NCBI GenBank assembly: GCA_963664705.1
Contig: OY761556.1
Location: 4,064,001 to 4,128,000, forward strand
Direction: 5' to 3'
Length of the DNA stretch: 64,000 bases
Origin: Acidobacteriota bacterium
GTDB taxonomy: Bacteria > Acidobacteriota > UBA6911
Part shown: positions 38,673 through 47,723 of the stretch, in pieces
Layout: each line of letters begins with the position of its first letter
Numbering within the stretch: position 1 is the stretch's first letter
Program-made: the position numbers and the translations under genes
The notes under the pieces: generated by a model
The model's input: the letters and a program-made list of their open reading frames with translations, nothing else
Database searches by the model: none
What the model was told of the DNA's origin: nothing

Positions 38673-39475
38673 TGGACTGAGCCGTGCGGATCTTCCTCAG
38701 TAAACGCGCCGGAGCAGGTCTCCGTAACCAAGAGCGCATATCGGCGCTGACGATTAGGGTCATTATGAAATTTGACTTTCACTCTGGATGCGCCCCTTTT
38801 GAGAAACGGGCCGCTCCGGGTGTCGTCCCGGTTTACAGCCAAAAAAATGGCCTCAGCTTATTGGAAATCCACGGCTTGGCAAAAATACGAAGTCTGGATT
38901 CAGATTTGGCTGTCTGTCCGCTTTACAGAGTTGATGAACCTGGATCCTCCGACTCTCGAATTCGGGCTTCAGGCAATGTATTCTATCTAAATCACTTGCG
39001 TCCTGGAATCGCGGCCAATCTCCATCCTCCGACACAGTGGAATAGCTATTGCTTCCAAAATAACAACTGTCGAATCCCGCTTAGGCTTTCTGCCCCCCCG
39101 GGAACTAAGCACTGACCACGATGACGCGTGTGCCCAGCGCGGCGCTTCAGAAGCTGGAAGCATAGCTGCAGGTGCCTAAGCATGGAAGGTTCGTGGGTTG
39201 AACAGAGGCTTCCCTGGTGATTAAATAAGAAGAAAGCCTCTAACTTGTGACAGAGATCACACCTTTCGAAAGCAGACGTTGATAGCCATTGAGGCATGTG
39301 GCGCAGAAGTTCCTCTCTGGAACTGAGCTCAGATCCGTCGGCTGTGGTCTCAACATTGAACATCGAGAACAGGCATGGGCGCCAAATCGAGGGTCGCACT
39401 TCCTGCATCCATCCACAACAAAACCTTCCGACAATTGCGGAATAGTGTAGCAAGCGATAGGACTGGGGCCGAACC

Positions 39476-41611
39476 ATGAGACATTCTCCCGCTTTGGTTC
39501 ATTTTCCTGGCGCAGGCATAGGGGCAAGGCTGACAGCCGCCGTGCGCCCTGCGGCTGCCGCTTTTGCTGTCATCGCGATGATGCTCTTTCTGGCAATGCC
39601 TCAATGCATCTTTGCGGAAGACATTACACTGCTATGGGATCCAAATACCGAATCGGATCTGGCGGGCTACAAGATGTATTACGGCATGGCCTCCGGGAAA
39701 TATGGATCGCCGATTGTGGTGGGCAAGAACACCACCTACACATTTGCAGGTCTGCCGCCAGGAACCTATTTCTTCGCAGTCACTGCATACAGCACGAGTG
39801 GGCAGGAAAGCGGTTTCTCCAATGAGGTCACGACAACTGTTTCAGGAACAATTTCCATCCCGGTCGTATCGATCGTTTCACCGACTACCGCCGCGACATA
39901 CAACGCAATAACCGAGACTCTGAGTCTCAGCGGTACGGCCAGCGACAGCGTCGGGATTGCGTCTGTCACATGGGCAAGCAGCAGCGGAGGCAAGGGGACC
40001 GCCGCCGGCACTACCGCCTGGACCATTCAGGGAGTCCCGCTTCAGGCAGGAGCAAACACCATCTCCGTCACGGCCAATAACATATCGGGATCTGCAGGCA
40101 GCGCATCGCTGATCGCTAACTACACGCCCCCTTCCATCGACACAACAGCCCCTTTCATCTCCATATCCTCGCCGACCACAGCGGGGACATACAGTACGGA
40201 CAAGCCATCCCTGAGTATCGGCGGCACGGCCTCCGACAATGTGGGAATAGGCGAAGTCTCATGGTCAAACAGCGGAGGCGGCCGTGGAATCGCAGCCGGA
40301 ACCAACTCATGGTCCATTCTGGATATTGCGCTGATTGCCGGAACTAATGTCATAACAGTGATCGCAAAAGATCCCGCCGGAAACACGGCAACAGCCGTGC
40401 TCCAGGTGACCTATACCGCCGACAATATCGCGCCCGCGGTGGCCATCCGTTTGCCAACCACATCGGCGAACTATGCAACCAATACGGCTGTATTGGATAT
40501 CAGCGGAACAGCCTCCGACAATGTCGGCGTTACGGAGGTTACCTGGTCAAACAGCGCCGGCGGCAGCGGGAGCGCAACCGGAACAACCGCCTGGTCCGTC
40601 TCCGGTATAACACTGGCGCCCGGCAGCAATTCCATCACCGTCACGGGAAAGGATGCCTCCGGCAATAAGGGCACCGCCGGCCTGTCGGTTACATTCGACA
40701 ATAAAGCGCCTGTCATCAGTTCGGTGACAACCACATCTATCAAAAACACGACCGCCACTGTGACGTGGTCGACCGATGAATCATCGGACAGCCAGGTCGA
40801 ATGGGGAATAACCACCACCTACGGCTTTGTTAGCGCGTTGTCCTCAATCATGACCGCTTCGCACCTTCAGTCCCTTGACAATCTGACGGCAAACACCACC
40901 TATCACTTCCGGGTAAAATCCCGGGACACGGCAGGCAACCTGTCAACATCCTCCGATTACACTTTTCGGACCACCAACCAGATGGATATTTTGACCGGCC
41001 TGGTGGCGGCATACGGATTTGACGAAGGAACCGGAACCAGTACTGCGGACGCTTCCGGCAATGGAAGAACGGCGACTCTGTTTAACGGAAGTTGGAGCAC
41101 CACCGCAAAATTCGGGAAAGCACTCTCTTTCAATGGACACAACTCCTATGCCCTGGCTCCCAGCGGTGGATTGCCGGCCACGGGCGCCCAACAAACAATC
41201 GCCTATTGGTGGCGAACGACCCAGAAAGTCACGGACACGGAATCGATCGTTGCGCTCTTCAGCAATTCGCCACGGGCTGCCGTGCAGCCGGGTTTTAAGG
41301 ATTCCCTTATTGGTGCCATGCAGGACGGAAATGTCTGGTTGGTTGCCGGGGTGCAGCCGGCCACCAAGACATGGCATCACCTCGCCTATACCTTCGATGG
41401 GCGTATACACAACCTCTATCTGGATGGCCAGCTGATGAGCACTTCAACGATAGCTCCCGTTTTGGCCAGTCCGACGATGTTCGTGATAGGCCGCGCCGGC
41501 AACAGCACCCAGTACTACAAAGGCATCATTGACGAGCTTCGAATCTACAATCGCGCGCTCAGCCTGCCGGAAATCCAGGCTCTGATGACATCCGCGATTA
41601 ACGGGAAGTAA
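39476..41611 (+). CDS. Secreted Fn3 + 3x Ig-like + Fn3 + LamG (jellyroll) surface protein
   Basis: WDPNTESDLAGYKMYYG, repeated SGTASDNVG..V.W.NS.GG.G.A.GT..W, LVAAYGFDEGTG, WHHLAYTFDG, G.IDELRIYNRALS; very Ser/Thr rich. Confidence 0.88.
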   Translation: MRHSPALVHFPGAGIGARLTAAVRPAAAAFAVIAMMLFLAMPQCIFAEDITLLWDPNTESDLAGYKMYYGMASGKYGSPIVVGKNTTYTFAGLPPGTYFFAVTAYSTSGQESGFSNEVTTTVSGTISIPVVSIVSPTTAATYNAITETLSLSGTASDSVGIASVTWASSSGGKGTAAGTTAWTIQGVPLQAGANTISVTANNISGSAGSASLIANYTPPSIDTTAPFISISSPTTAGTYSTDKPSLSIGGTASDNVGIGEVSWSNSGGGRGIAAGTNSWSILDIALIAGTNVITVIAKDPAGNTATAVLQVTYTADNIAPAVAIRLPTTSANYATNTAVLDISGTASDNVGVTEVTWSNSAGGSGSATGTTAWSVSGITLAPGSNSITVTGKDASGNKGTAGLSVTFDNKAPVISSVTTTSIKNTTATVTWSTDESSDSQVEWGITTTYGFVSALSSIMTASHLQSLDNLTANTTYHFRVKSRDTAGNLSTSSDYTFRTTNQMDILTGLVAAYGFDEGTGTSTADASGNGRTATLFNGSWSTTAKFGKALSFNGHNSYALAPSGGLPATGAQQTIAYWWRTTQKVTDTESIVALFSNSPRAAVQPGFKDSLIGAMQDGNVWLVAGVQPATKTWHHLAYTFDGRIHNLYLDGQLMSTSTIAPVLASPTMFVIGRAGNSTQYYKGIIDELRIYNRALSLPEIQALMTSAINGK

Positions 41612-41685
41612 CCGCGCACCGATTTGGGCCGCCCGGGTTGCAGACATGCGACCCGCTCCATTGCGGCAGGAAGGAAACAGAAGAC

Positions 41686-42990
41686 ATGGCCACCAGCTAC
41701 GAGAGCATACGAAAGAATGTCCGAGCCAACCTCCACATTGGAGTTGTCCTGACCGGGGCAAGTCGAGACGGCCGGCCCTTTAGCATCTCCGGGCAAAGTT
41801 TGGATTTTAGCCGGGGCGGCTTGGGCGTCCTGGTGGACAGGGATGTCTTGAAAACCGGCTCAGTCGTAAGCGTGACGAGTGCAGGGTTCCAATCCTCCGC
41901 CACGGTTCAGTGGTCCACCCGGGACAAAGAATCCGGAAAGTACCGGGTCGGCCTACGCCTGGTCAAGCCGCGCGTGACTACGCGGCTCAGGATGGTTGCA
42001 GCGCTGCTCCTGATGGGCGCATTCATGAAACAGATTTCCTCTGCCAGCCCGCGCGAGTATGTCCGGCAAACTCCTGTCAGCCGGAGCGGGAGTTCCGCCA
42101 CGGCAAAAACTTCCTCGTCACCACCGGCCAGATCAGAAGTATCCTCCTCGGAAAGGCGGGAACTCCTCACGCAATCCGATGCCGCCGATCTGGATGTGGA
42201 TGAAGGATCCTGGATCCAGGAGGCGCTTGCCATATCCCGGGAAAACCGACATACCGCGGGCCGCGCGGCGTTGAATATCGAGATGAGCAAGGAAAACTAC
42301 GCTGTCGGGGAGACGATTTCGGCAAGGGAATACCGTGTATCCAATCCTTCGGAGCATTCGCGCAGCGTTGAAATTAAAACATGGCTGGCCGCCCCGGGCA
42401 TTTCTCCAATATCCATCGGCAACGTGGGCGCCGACGGAAGCTATATCCTCACTCCGGGCAGCAGCCAGAACTTCGGCCCGGTTGAAGTCCTGTCCATCCC
42501 CGATGAAATGCCGGGAGGAATATATAAGTTCAGCGCCCGGATGATCGACCCGGTCACCGGAGACATCCTGGAGGAAAAGATCAAGCCTTTTTCCCTGCTT
42601 ACGCGAATGGAGAAATCCTCAGCCCAGGAACCAGGGAGCGAGGTCCCGCTGCTGGATGTTCAGTTCAACTTCAGCAATGCCTTGTATACTTATGGAGAAA
42701 CAGTTTCGCTCGAACAGTTCCGCATTGAAAACATGGCGTCATCGGTAGCCACGATCGAGCTGAAGCTATGGCTGGAAATACCGGATAAGGATCCGGTTCC
42801 AGTCTACAGCATGGGCGCGGATGGTTCGTTTATCCTGACTCCCGGCGCGGAGATGAATCTGAAACCATTTGTCTCGTTTAAGGTCACCGAGGACTTACCG
42901 GCAGGTGAATACCGCCTGAGATGCCGGGCTATGAATCCCGCGACCGGTCAGACCTTCTATGAGAATGCAAGTTCCTTCCGGATCCAATAG
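41686..42990 (+). CDS. PilZ-domain protein with TM segment and two C-terminal beta-rich repeats
   Basis: RKNVR (RxxxR) and DFSRGG (DxSxxG), hydrophobic MVAALLLMGAFM, duplicated E(I/L)K.WL..P...P....GADGS.ILTPG. Confidence 0.7.
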   Translation: MATSYESIRKNVRANLHIGVVLTGASRDGRPFSISGQSLDFSRGGLGVLVDRDVLKTGSVVSVTSAGFQSSATVQWSTRDKESGKYRVGLRLVKPRVTTRLRMVAALLLMGAFMKQISSASPREYVRQTPVSRSGSSATAKTSSSPPARSEVSSSERRELLTQSDAADLDVDEGSWIQEALAISRENRHTAGRAALNIEMSKENYAVGETISAREYRVSNPSEHSRSVEIKTWLAAPGISPISIGNVGADGSYILTPGSSQNFGPVEVLSIPDEMPGGIYKFSARMIDPVTGDILEEKIKPFSLLTRMEKSSAQEPGSEVPLLDVQFNFSNALYTYGETVSLEQFRIENMASSVATIELKLWLEIPDKDPVPVYSMGADGSFILTPGAEMNLKPFVSFKVTEDLPAGEYRLRCRAMNPATGQTFYENASSFRIQ

Positions 42991-43035
42991 TCCGGAATCC
43001 GGAATCTGGAATCTGAAATCTGAAATCCAAGATCC
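42991..43035 (+). repeat. (TC[C/T]G[G/A]AA)n heptamer array between convergent genes
   Basis: TCCGGAA x2, TCTGGAA, TCTGAAA x2, TCCAAGA, immediately after the stop codon. Confidence 0.85.
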
Positions 43036-43053
43036 GTGAACTCCCGGCAATGA

Positions 43054-44388
43054 TCAGTACACGCCGTATTCCAGGGATGCTTCCATAAAGGCCCGCAGGT
43101 TTTCGGCATTCGTTTCTGTCGCGGAAGCTCCCCCGGCAAGGATATACCCGCCCCCGGGAGCGCATATATCAATCAGCCGGCGGCAACGTTCCTTGACGTC
43201 ATTGGCGCTTCCCGTGATGATCACGGATGCCGGTACATTCCCTGAGATGCAACATTTGTCGCCCACCATCTTTTTTGCGTTTGCCATATCCGTCTGATCG
43301 AATTGCCAGTTCACCCATCCCTTGGGGAAATCGCTGATATACTCCAGGCGTTCATTGTACCGGCCCTCAGCAACCATCCGAAGATAGATGCCCTCTTCGA
43401 TCAGTGTATCCATTACCTTCTTGAGCGAGGGCCAGTAGAATTTCTCAAACTGTTTCCTCGACATGAATGTATCGTCCCCTTTGTGCAACGGGAATGTTAC
43501 ATTGAAGCCACCGGTGGCATTCAGCATCGACAGAATCTGTTTGATGGTAATCTCCGTCACCCGATCGATAGCTTCCAGCAGCTTGTCGGGACATCGGTAC
43601 ATATCCAGGATCACGCCTTTGGTGCCTCTCAGGAAATCGGCTATTACATCGAAGGGAGCGATAGCCAGGCCCCCGAACGAAGAGGGGAACCCGGCCTCGC
43701 GCGCAGCTTTGTCGACCGCCCTGATATGCTTCCGCCATTTCTCGATCTCCTCGCCGGCCTTGATCAGCGACTGGAATGCCGCTCGCATATTCGGATCCTC
43801 GAACGGGTAGGCCACCGTCAGAAACAGATTCATCATGGTATTAAGAGGAGGAAAGTTGTTCAGCGGCTTCAAGGCTCCGACCGTGCGCGGGATCAGGTAC
43901 CGGAATGAAAAATCCGATTGGTCCTTCAGCAGGGCATCATACTCCGATGCTTCCATAATGGCTTCTTCAACGAACTGATAGGAGTTCACTTCATCGCCCA
44001 GCCCGTGCCCCGGCCATTTCAGCGCTTTATAGTCGATGGCTTCCATGGCAGGAGCGGGATGCACTTCGCCGGGCCCCCGGAAGATATCCATGTCGTCATG
44101 GAAGTCCTCGAGAAATTTGAGCCAGGCCCGCTCCATCGCCTCATAGTCATTCATCACCTGTTTCAGCGTGTAGCCGGCATGATAGGCCGGGAAATGAGCG
44201 GTAGGCAGCAACACCGGCACGCGATCCGGAATCTCGCACAGCATCGCCTTCTTATGCCGAGTCACTCGCTCCCGATACAATCTCTCCGCCCTGGGATCGC
44301 GAAATACAATGTCCGTTCCCTCCAGCCAGCGCTTCATTCTGATTTCTCTTTTCTGCTCGCGGTTCAACTCGGACCAGTTGGATTGCAT
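43054..44388 (-). CDS. Uroporphyrinogen decarboxylase superfamily protein, paralogue 2
   Basis: PDRVPV, LRGTKG, LHKGDDTFMS..FEKFYWP, GNVP, GGGYILAGGAS; colinear with 25218-26564. Confidence 0.85.
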   Translation of the reverse strand: MQSNWSELNREQKREIRMKRWLEGTDIVFRDPRAERLYRERVTRHKKAMLCEIPDRVPVLLPTAHFPAYHAGYTLKQVMNDYEAMERAWLKFLEDFHDDMDIFRGPGEVHPAPAMEAIDYKALKWPGHGLGDEVNSYQFVEEAIMEASEYDALLKDQSDFSFRYLIPRTVGALKPLNNFPPLNTMMNLFLTVAYPFEDPNMRAAFQSLIKAGEEIEKWRKHIRAVDKAAREAGFPSSFGGLAIAPFDVIADFLRGTKGVILDMYRCPDKLLEAIDRVTEITIKQILSMLNATGGFNVTFPLHKGDDTFMSRKQFEKFYWPSLKKVMDTLIEEGIYLRMVAEGRYNERLEYISDFPKGWVNWQFDQTDMANAKKMVGDKCCISGNVPASVIITGSANDVKERCRRLIDICAPGGGYILAGGASATETNAENLRAFMEASLEYGVY

Positions 44389-44613
44389 AAGTCCTCCTCC
44401 TGCCTTCGCACAAGATCTGATTCGTAGAAATCCGGGATTTGTGGAACGAGGTTAACCGCGGAGCCGCTGATATTCAAGCAACTCTTTGTGATCCGAATGG
44501 TGGTCCGTTCTGCAATTGTTTACCCGGCCGTTCGCTTTGTGTGGTAAAAGAGTGTCACCAAAGCAGCCCCAAAACCGAGTGAATGACCCGAACCCTTTTT
44601 TGTTGGGACCCGT

Positions 44614-45870
44614 ATGGAAAACAACAAAGCCGTTGGATATTCCTGGGTAATTTTTGCCGTCGTCCTTTGCGCTCAAAGCACCGTTCTTGGATTGGCGATG
44701 ACATGCATCCCTCCCTTTCTGACGACCATCGCAAAGGAAATGAACCTGACTTCGATGCAGGTTGGAACAGCGTGGGGTATGATCGGCCTGGGAGCCCTTC
44801 TCTTCTCAGCCATGGGAGGCTTGATCAGTGACCGATTCGGCGTCCGATGGACCGGTTTTGCCGGTCTGCTGCTTTTCGCCACGGGCGGAACGCTGCGGGG
44901 GCTGGCCAGTGATTACCGCGAGTTCATAGCCGCCATGTTTCTGTTCGGCGCTGCCATGGGCCTTACGCGACCGAATTTCCCGCGCGTCTTGAGCCAGTGG
45001 TTCCCGCGCAACCGACTTGGAATGGTCAATGGATTCTCGTCGGCCGGCTCCTCGCTGGGTGCCGCCTTGTCGATGGCATTCAGCGTAAGCGTCATCGGGC
45101 CCGCTGTAGGAGGCTGGCGTCATATCACGATGATCTATGGCGCGATGACGTTCCTGCTGGCCATTGCATGGATCGTCCTGGTAAAGGAAAGGATCCTGGG
45201 AGAAAGGCCGGCTCCGAAACTATCTACGGTGCTGCAAGGCTTCGGCCTCGTGCTGCGATCGAGAACGGTCTGGATGCTGAGCATCGCGGCGTTCCTGCTC
45301 TTTGGCCACTCCTACGCATGGTCCAGCCACATCCCTGGCTTCTTCGAAGTCAAATACGGAATGACCAAAGCTCTGGCGGGGCAGATTGTATCCATCACCT
45401 TGTTCTCCGGAGTTTTTGCGGGGATCTTTCTGCCGACCCTCTCCGACCGGCTTGGATCGCGCAAGCCGGCGATCCTGATTGCGTGCATCGCCGGTGGACT
45501 CTGCAATTTGCTTCAAGGCAGTTTTCTCGGGCCTGCATTGACGATCATCCTTCTGATCATGCCCTTTGGAGTGGGAACAATTGCGCCGCTGCTCCTGACA
45601 ATTCCCTTCGAACTCAAGGAGCTTTCTCCTTCGGTTGCCGGCTCGGCCATTGGCATGATCCTCACATTTCAGAATCTGGGGATTTTCGTTTATCCGATCT
45701 TTTCCGGAAAACTGATCGATCTTTTCACCCCCAACTACTACCCCTATTTTGGCGCGCAAATGGCGGCCTTTGCCCTGACGTTTCTCCTGGTATGGCGACT
45801 GGTACCTGAAACGGGACCGGGTGCCACCCGAAAGGCTCCCCGGCAGGAATTGGTGAGGGAGGGCGCGTAA
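44614..45870 (+). CDS. MFS transporter
   Basis: GLISDRFGVR, WFP...G..NG, LSDRLGSRK; 12 TM segments. Confidence 0.9.
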   Translation: MENNKAVGYSWVIFAVVLCAQSTVLGLAMTCIPPFLTTIAKEMNLTSMQVGTAWGMIGLGALLFSAMGGLISDRFGVRWTGFAGLLLFATGGTLRGLASDYREFIAAMFLFGAAMGLTRPNFPRVLSQWFPRNRLGMVNGFSSAGSSLGAALSMAFSVSVIGPAVGGWRHITMIYGAMTFLLAIAWIVLVKERILGERPAPKLSTVLQGFGLVLRSRTVWMLSIAAFLLFGHSYAWSSHIPGFFEVKYGMTKALAGQIVSITLFSGVFAGIFLPTLSDRLGSRKPAILIACIAGGLCNLLQGSFLGPALTIILLIMPFGVGTIAPLLLTIPFELKELSPSVAGSAIGMILTFQNLGIFVYPIFSGKLIDLFTPNYYPYFGAQMAAFALTFLLVWRLVPETGPGATRKAPRQELVREGA

Positions 45871-45905
45871 AGGTAATCGTTTGTCGAGGCCCCGCTTTTG
45901 CGGAA

Positions 45906-46212
45906 TTCCAGATTCCAGATTCCAGATTCCAGATTTCGGATTCCAGACCGCTATTGCCTAATGGTATTGGCTTTGTCGCAATTGCCGTTCTTTCGCCCCC
46001 TTCAGGGCTCCTATTATGCTTCATTCCTACCGGGGGTTCGCAAAAAGCGCTCACCCCCGGCTACCTGCTTTCGGCCCTCCGGGCCTGGTGCTTCGCTCGC
46101 GTCCCAGGAATTAGGACAAATAATATGCAGCTTTAGCCGGAATGGCAGCACGCCCGGAATACTCCCCGGTCTTGGTCTGGAATCCGGAATCTGGAATCTG
46201 GAATCTAAAATC
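45906..46212. repeat. Composite repeat copy C bracketed by inverted heptamer arrays
   Basis: (TTCCAGA)n 45906-45947; REP module 45991-46103; end motif AAATAATATGCAGCTTTAGCC 46118-46138; (TCTGGAA)n..TCTAAAA 46176-46210. Confidence 0.8.
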
Positions 46213-46273
46213 CTGCATTGCCACAAAACGCCTGCTAGTGTATGGATATCACACATGAGGAGAGGACTCCGAT

Positions 46274-46810
46274 ATGAAAACTTGCGCCGCGCTTCTATTG
46301 TGTTCACTGCTGGTCACCTTGTCTGCCGTCAATGGAATGGCAGCCGGTTATGCGGAAGACCGTGCCGCCATTATTGATTTGCAGAGTCGATACCTGTTTG
46401 CCATGGATTTTCAGGATGCCAAAACGTATGCCTCCACTTTTGCCGAGGACGGGGCGCTGAATTGGGCAAGAGGCGAAATCAAAGGCCGAAAGGCTCTCTA
46501 CGAGTTCATGGCCTCCGGCACCTATAATCCTTCGCAGACCGCTGAAAAAGGCAAATGGCCGGCGGCCTCCCGCCATTTCATTACCAACCAGGTCATCAAG
46601 GTGGAGGGAAATACGGCAAAAGCCCGGACCTATTGGTTCCAAGCAACAAACAACACGGCCGATCGGCGCACCATGGTGTTGGGATTATTTGGCCACTATG
46701 AAGATGATCTGATAAAGATCAAAGGGAGATGGTACTTCAAGAAGCGGACCATCTATAACGAAGGGTTGGAGGACAGGCACAAAGCGGGTCAGCAAAATCC
46801 AGCCTGGTAA
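46274..46810 (+). CDS. Secreted SnoaL-like/NTF2 domain protein
   Basis: Signal peptide; EDRAAI.DL..RY..AMD, RHFITN, GHYED, GRWYF.KR. Confidence 0.85.
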   Translation: MKTCAALLLCSLLVTLSAVNGMAAGYAEDRAAIIDLQSRYLFAMDFQDAKTYASTFAEDGALNWARGEIKGRKALYEFMASGTYNPSQTAEKGKWPAASRHFITNQVIKVEGNTAKARTYWFQATNNTADRRTMVLGLFGHYEDDLIKIKGRWYFKKRTIYNEGLEDRHKAGQQNPAW

Positions 46811-46823
46811 AAGCACCGACTGA

Positions 46824-46874
46824 ATTCGCGAAATTCGTGGCTGGTTATTCTCTTCCGCCACGAATTTCGCGAAT
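46824..46874. repeat. Perfect 18-bp inverted repeat between convergent genes (REP/terminator-like)
   Basis: ATTCGCGAAATTCGTGGC / GCCACGAATTTCGCGAAT. Confidence 0.75.
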
Positions 46875-46888
46875 GAAGGATGCAGATC

Positions 46889-47440
46889 CTACTTGATCTT
46901 CTGTCCCGCCTGGATCAACTGTGCATGATAGATTTTCGTCTGCACACTTTTGGCTGTCGCCACCGCCTTCACAAGATCATGCTGATCTACGAGTTTGTTG
47001 ATGTCCTCTTTATCCTTTTCAACTTCAGCCACGATGGTATCCACCTGCTTCCGCTGGGCCGCAGAGATTGAACGGGTCAAAAGATCATTTTTCACCTGAT
47101 CAAGGTTGCTGCCGATTGTTACCCGCATGGCATCGAGTTCGCGGGTCAGTGTTTCCTGTTTGGCCCTGGCAATATCGGCCGCTTTACCGAAAAAAATCTT
47201 GGCACTGGTGTAAAGAACCTTGGCGCCATCGGTCTTTTTCTCCTTTTCGGCTGTCTGGGCATGATCCCAGGCCGTCTGGGCCTTCTCGAAATCGGAGGAA
47301 GCATAATTATCGGCATGATAGGTCTTTGCCTGCTCCATGGCAGCCTGCGCCTGCTTCCGCTCAACTTCGGCGCTTCCGCCACACCCACAGAGGGACAGCA
47401 ATACAAGGCAGGCGAAGCAGATATAAAATCGATTTTTCAT
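46889..47440 (-). CDS. Helical lipoprotein (DUF4398-like)
   Basis: Lipobox LSLCGC; AQAAMEQAK...A..YA..DFEKAQ pattern; GAGG RBS before ATG 47440. Confidence 0.65.
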   Translation of the reverse strand: MKNRFYICFACLVLLSLCGCGGSAEVERKQAQAAMEQAKTYHADNYASSDFEKAQTAWDHAQTAEKEKKTDGAKVLYTSAKIFFGKAADIARAKQETLTRELDAMRVTIGSNLDQVKNDLLTRSISAAQRKQVDTIVAEVEKDKEDINKLVDQHDLVKAVATAKSVQTKIYHAQLIQAGQKIK

Positions 47441-47723
47441 GGTGGTCCTCATTAGACTTTCGCGCCGGGGTCGTCGATGCTGCATTTATTCAGACTGGTC
47501 GTTGAAGCAGATCGCAAAACGAAATTCACGCGCAAAGTGGAAGATTGTTCGGATCAGGGATGCCGATATGTCCTTGCTACCATCCGATATATCGACTTGC
47601 ACTCCCTTCTGACTCCTTATTCTCAAGCAATACAAACGCAAAAAGTAGAAACGATACCCCTATGAATGCAGGGTTTCAAGACAATTGCGGCAAGGCGGAC
47701 GCGCGCCATGCCATGGTTTGGCA

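Noticed and set aside
38684-39477. ORFs 38684-39115 and 39046-39477 as genes
   Set aside because: No RBS or motifs, and atypical composition.
43054-44388. Naming as hemE
   Set aside because: Too long, lacks the RQAGR motif, and is duplicated.
45898-46377. ORFs with RFQIPDS/LESGIWN repeats
   Set aside because: These are translations of the non-coding heptamer arrays.
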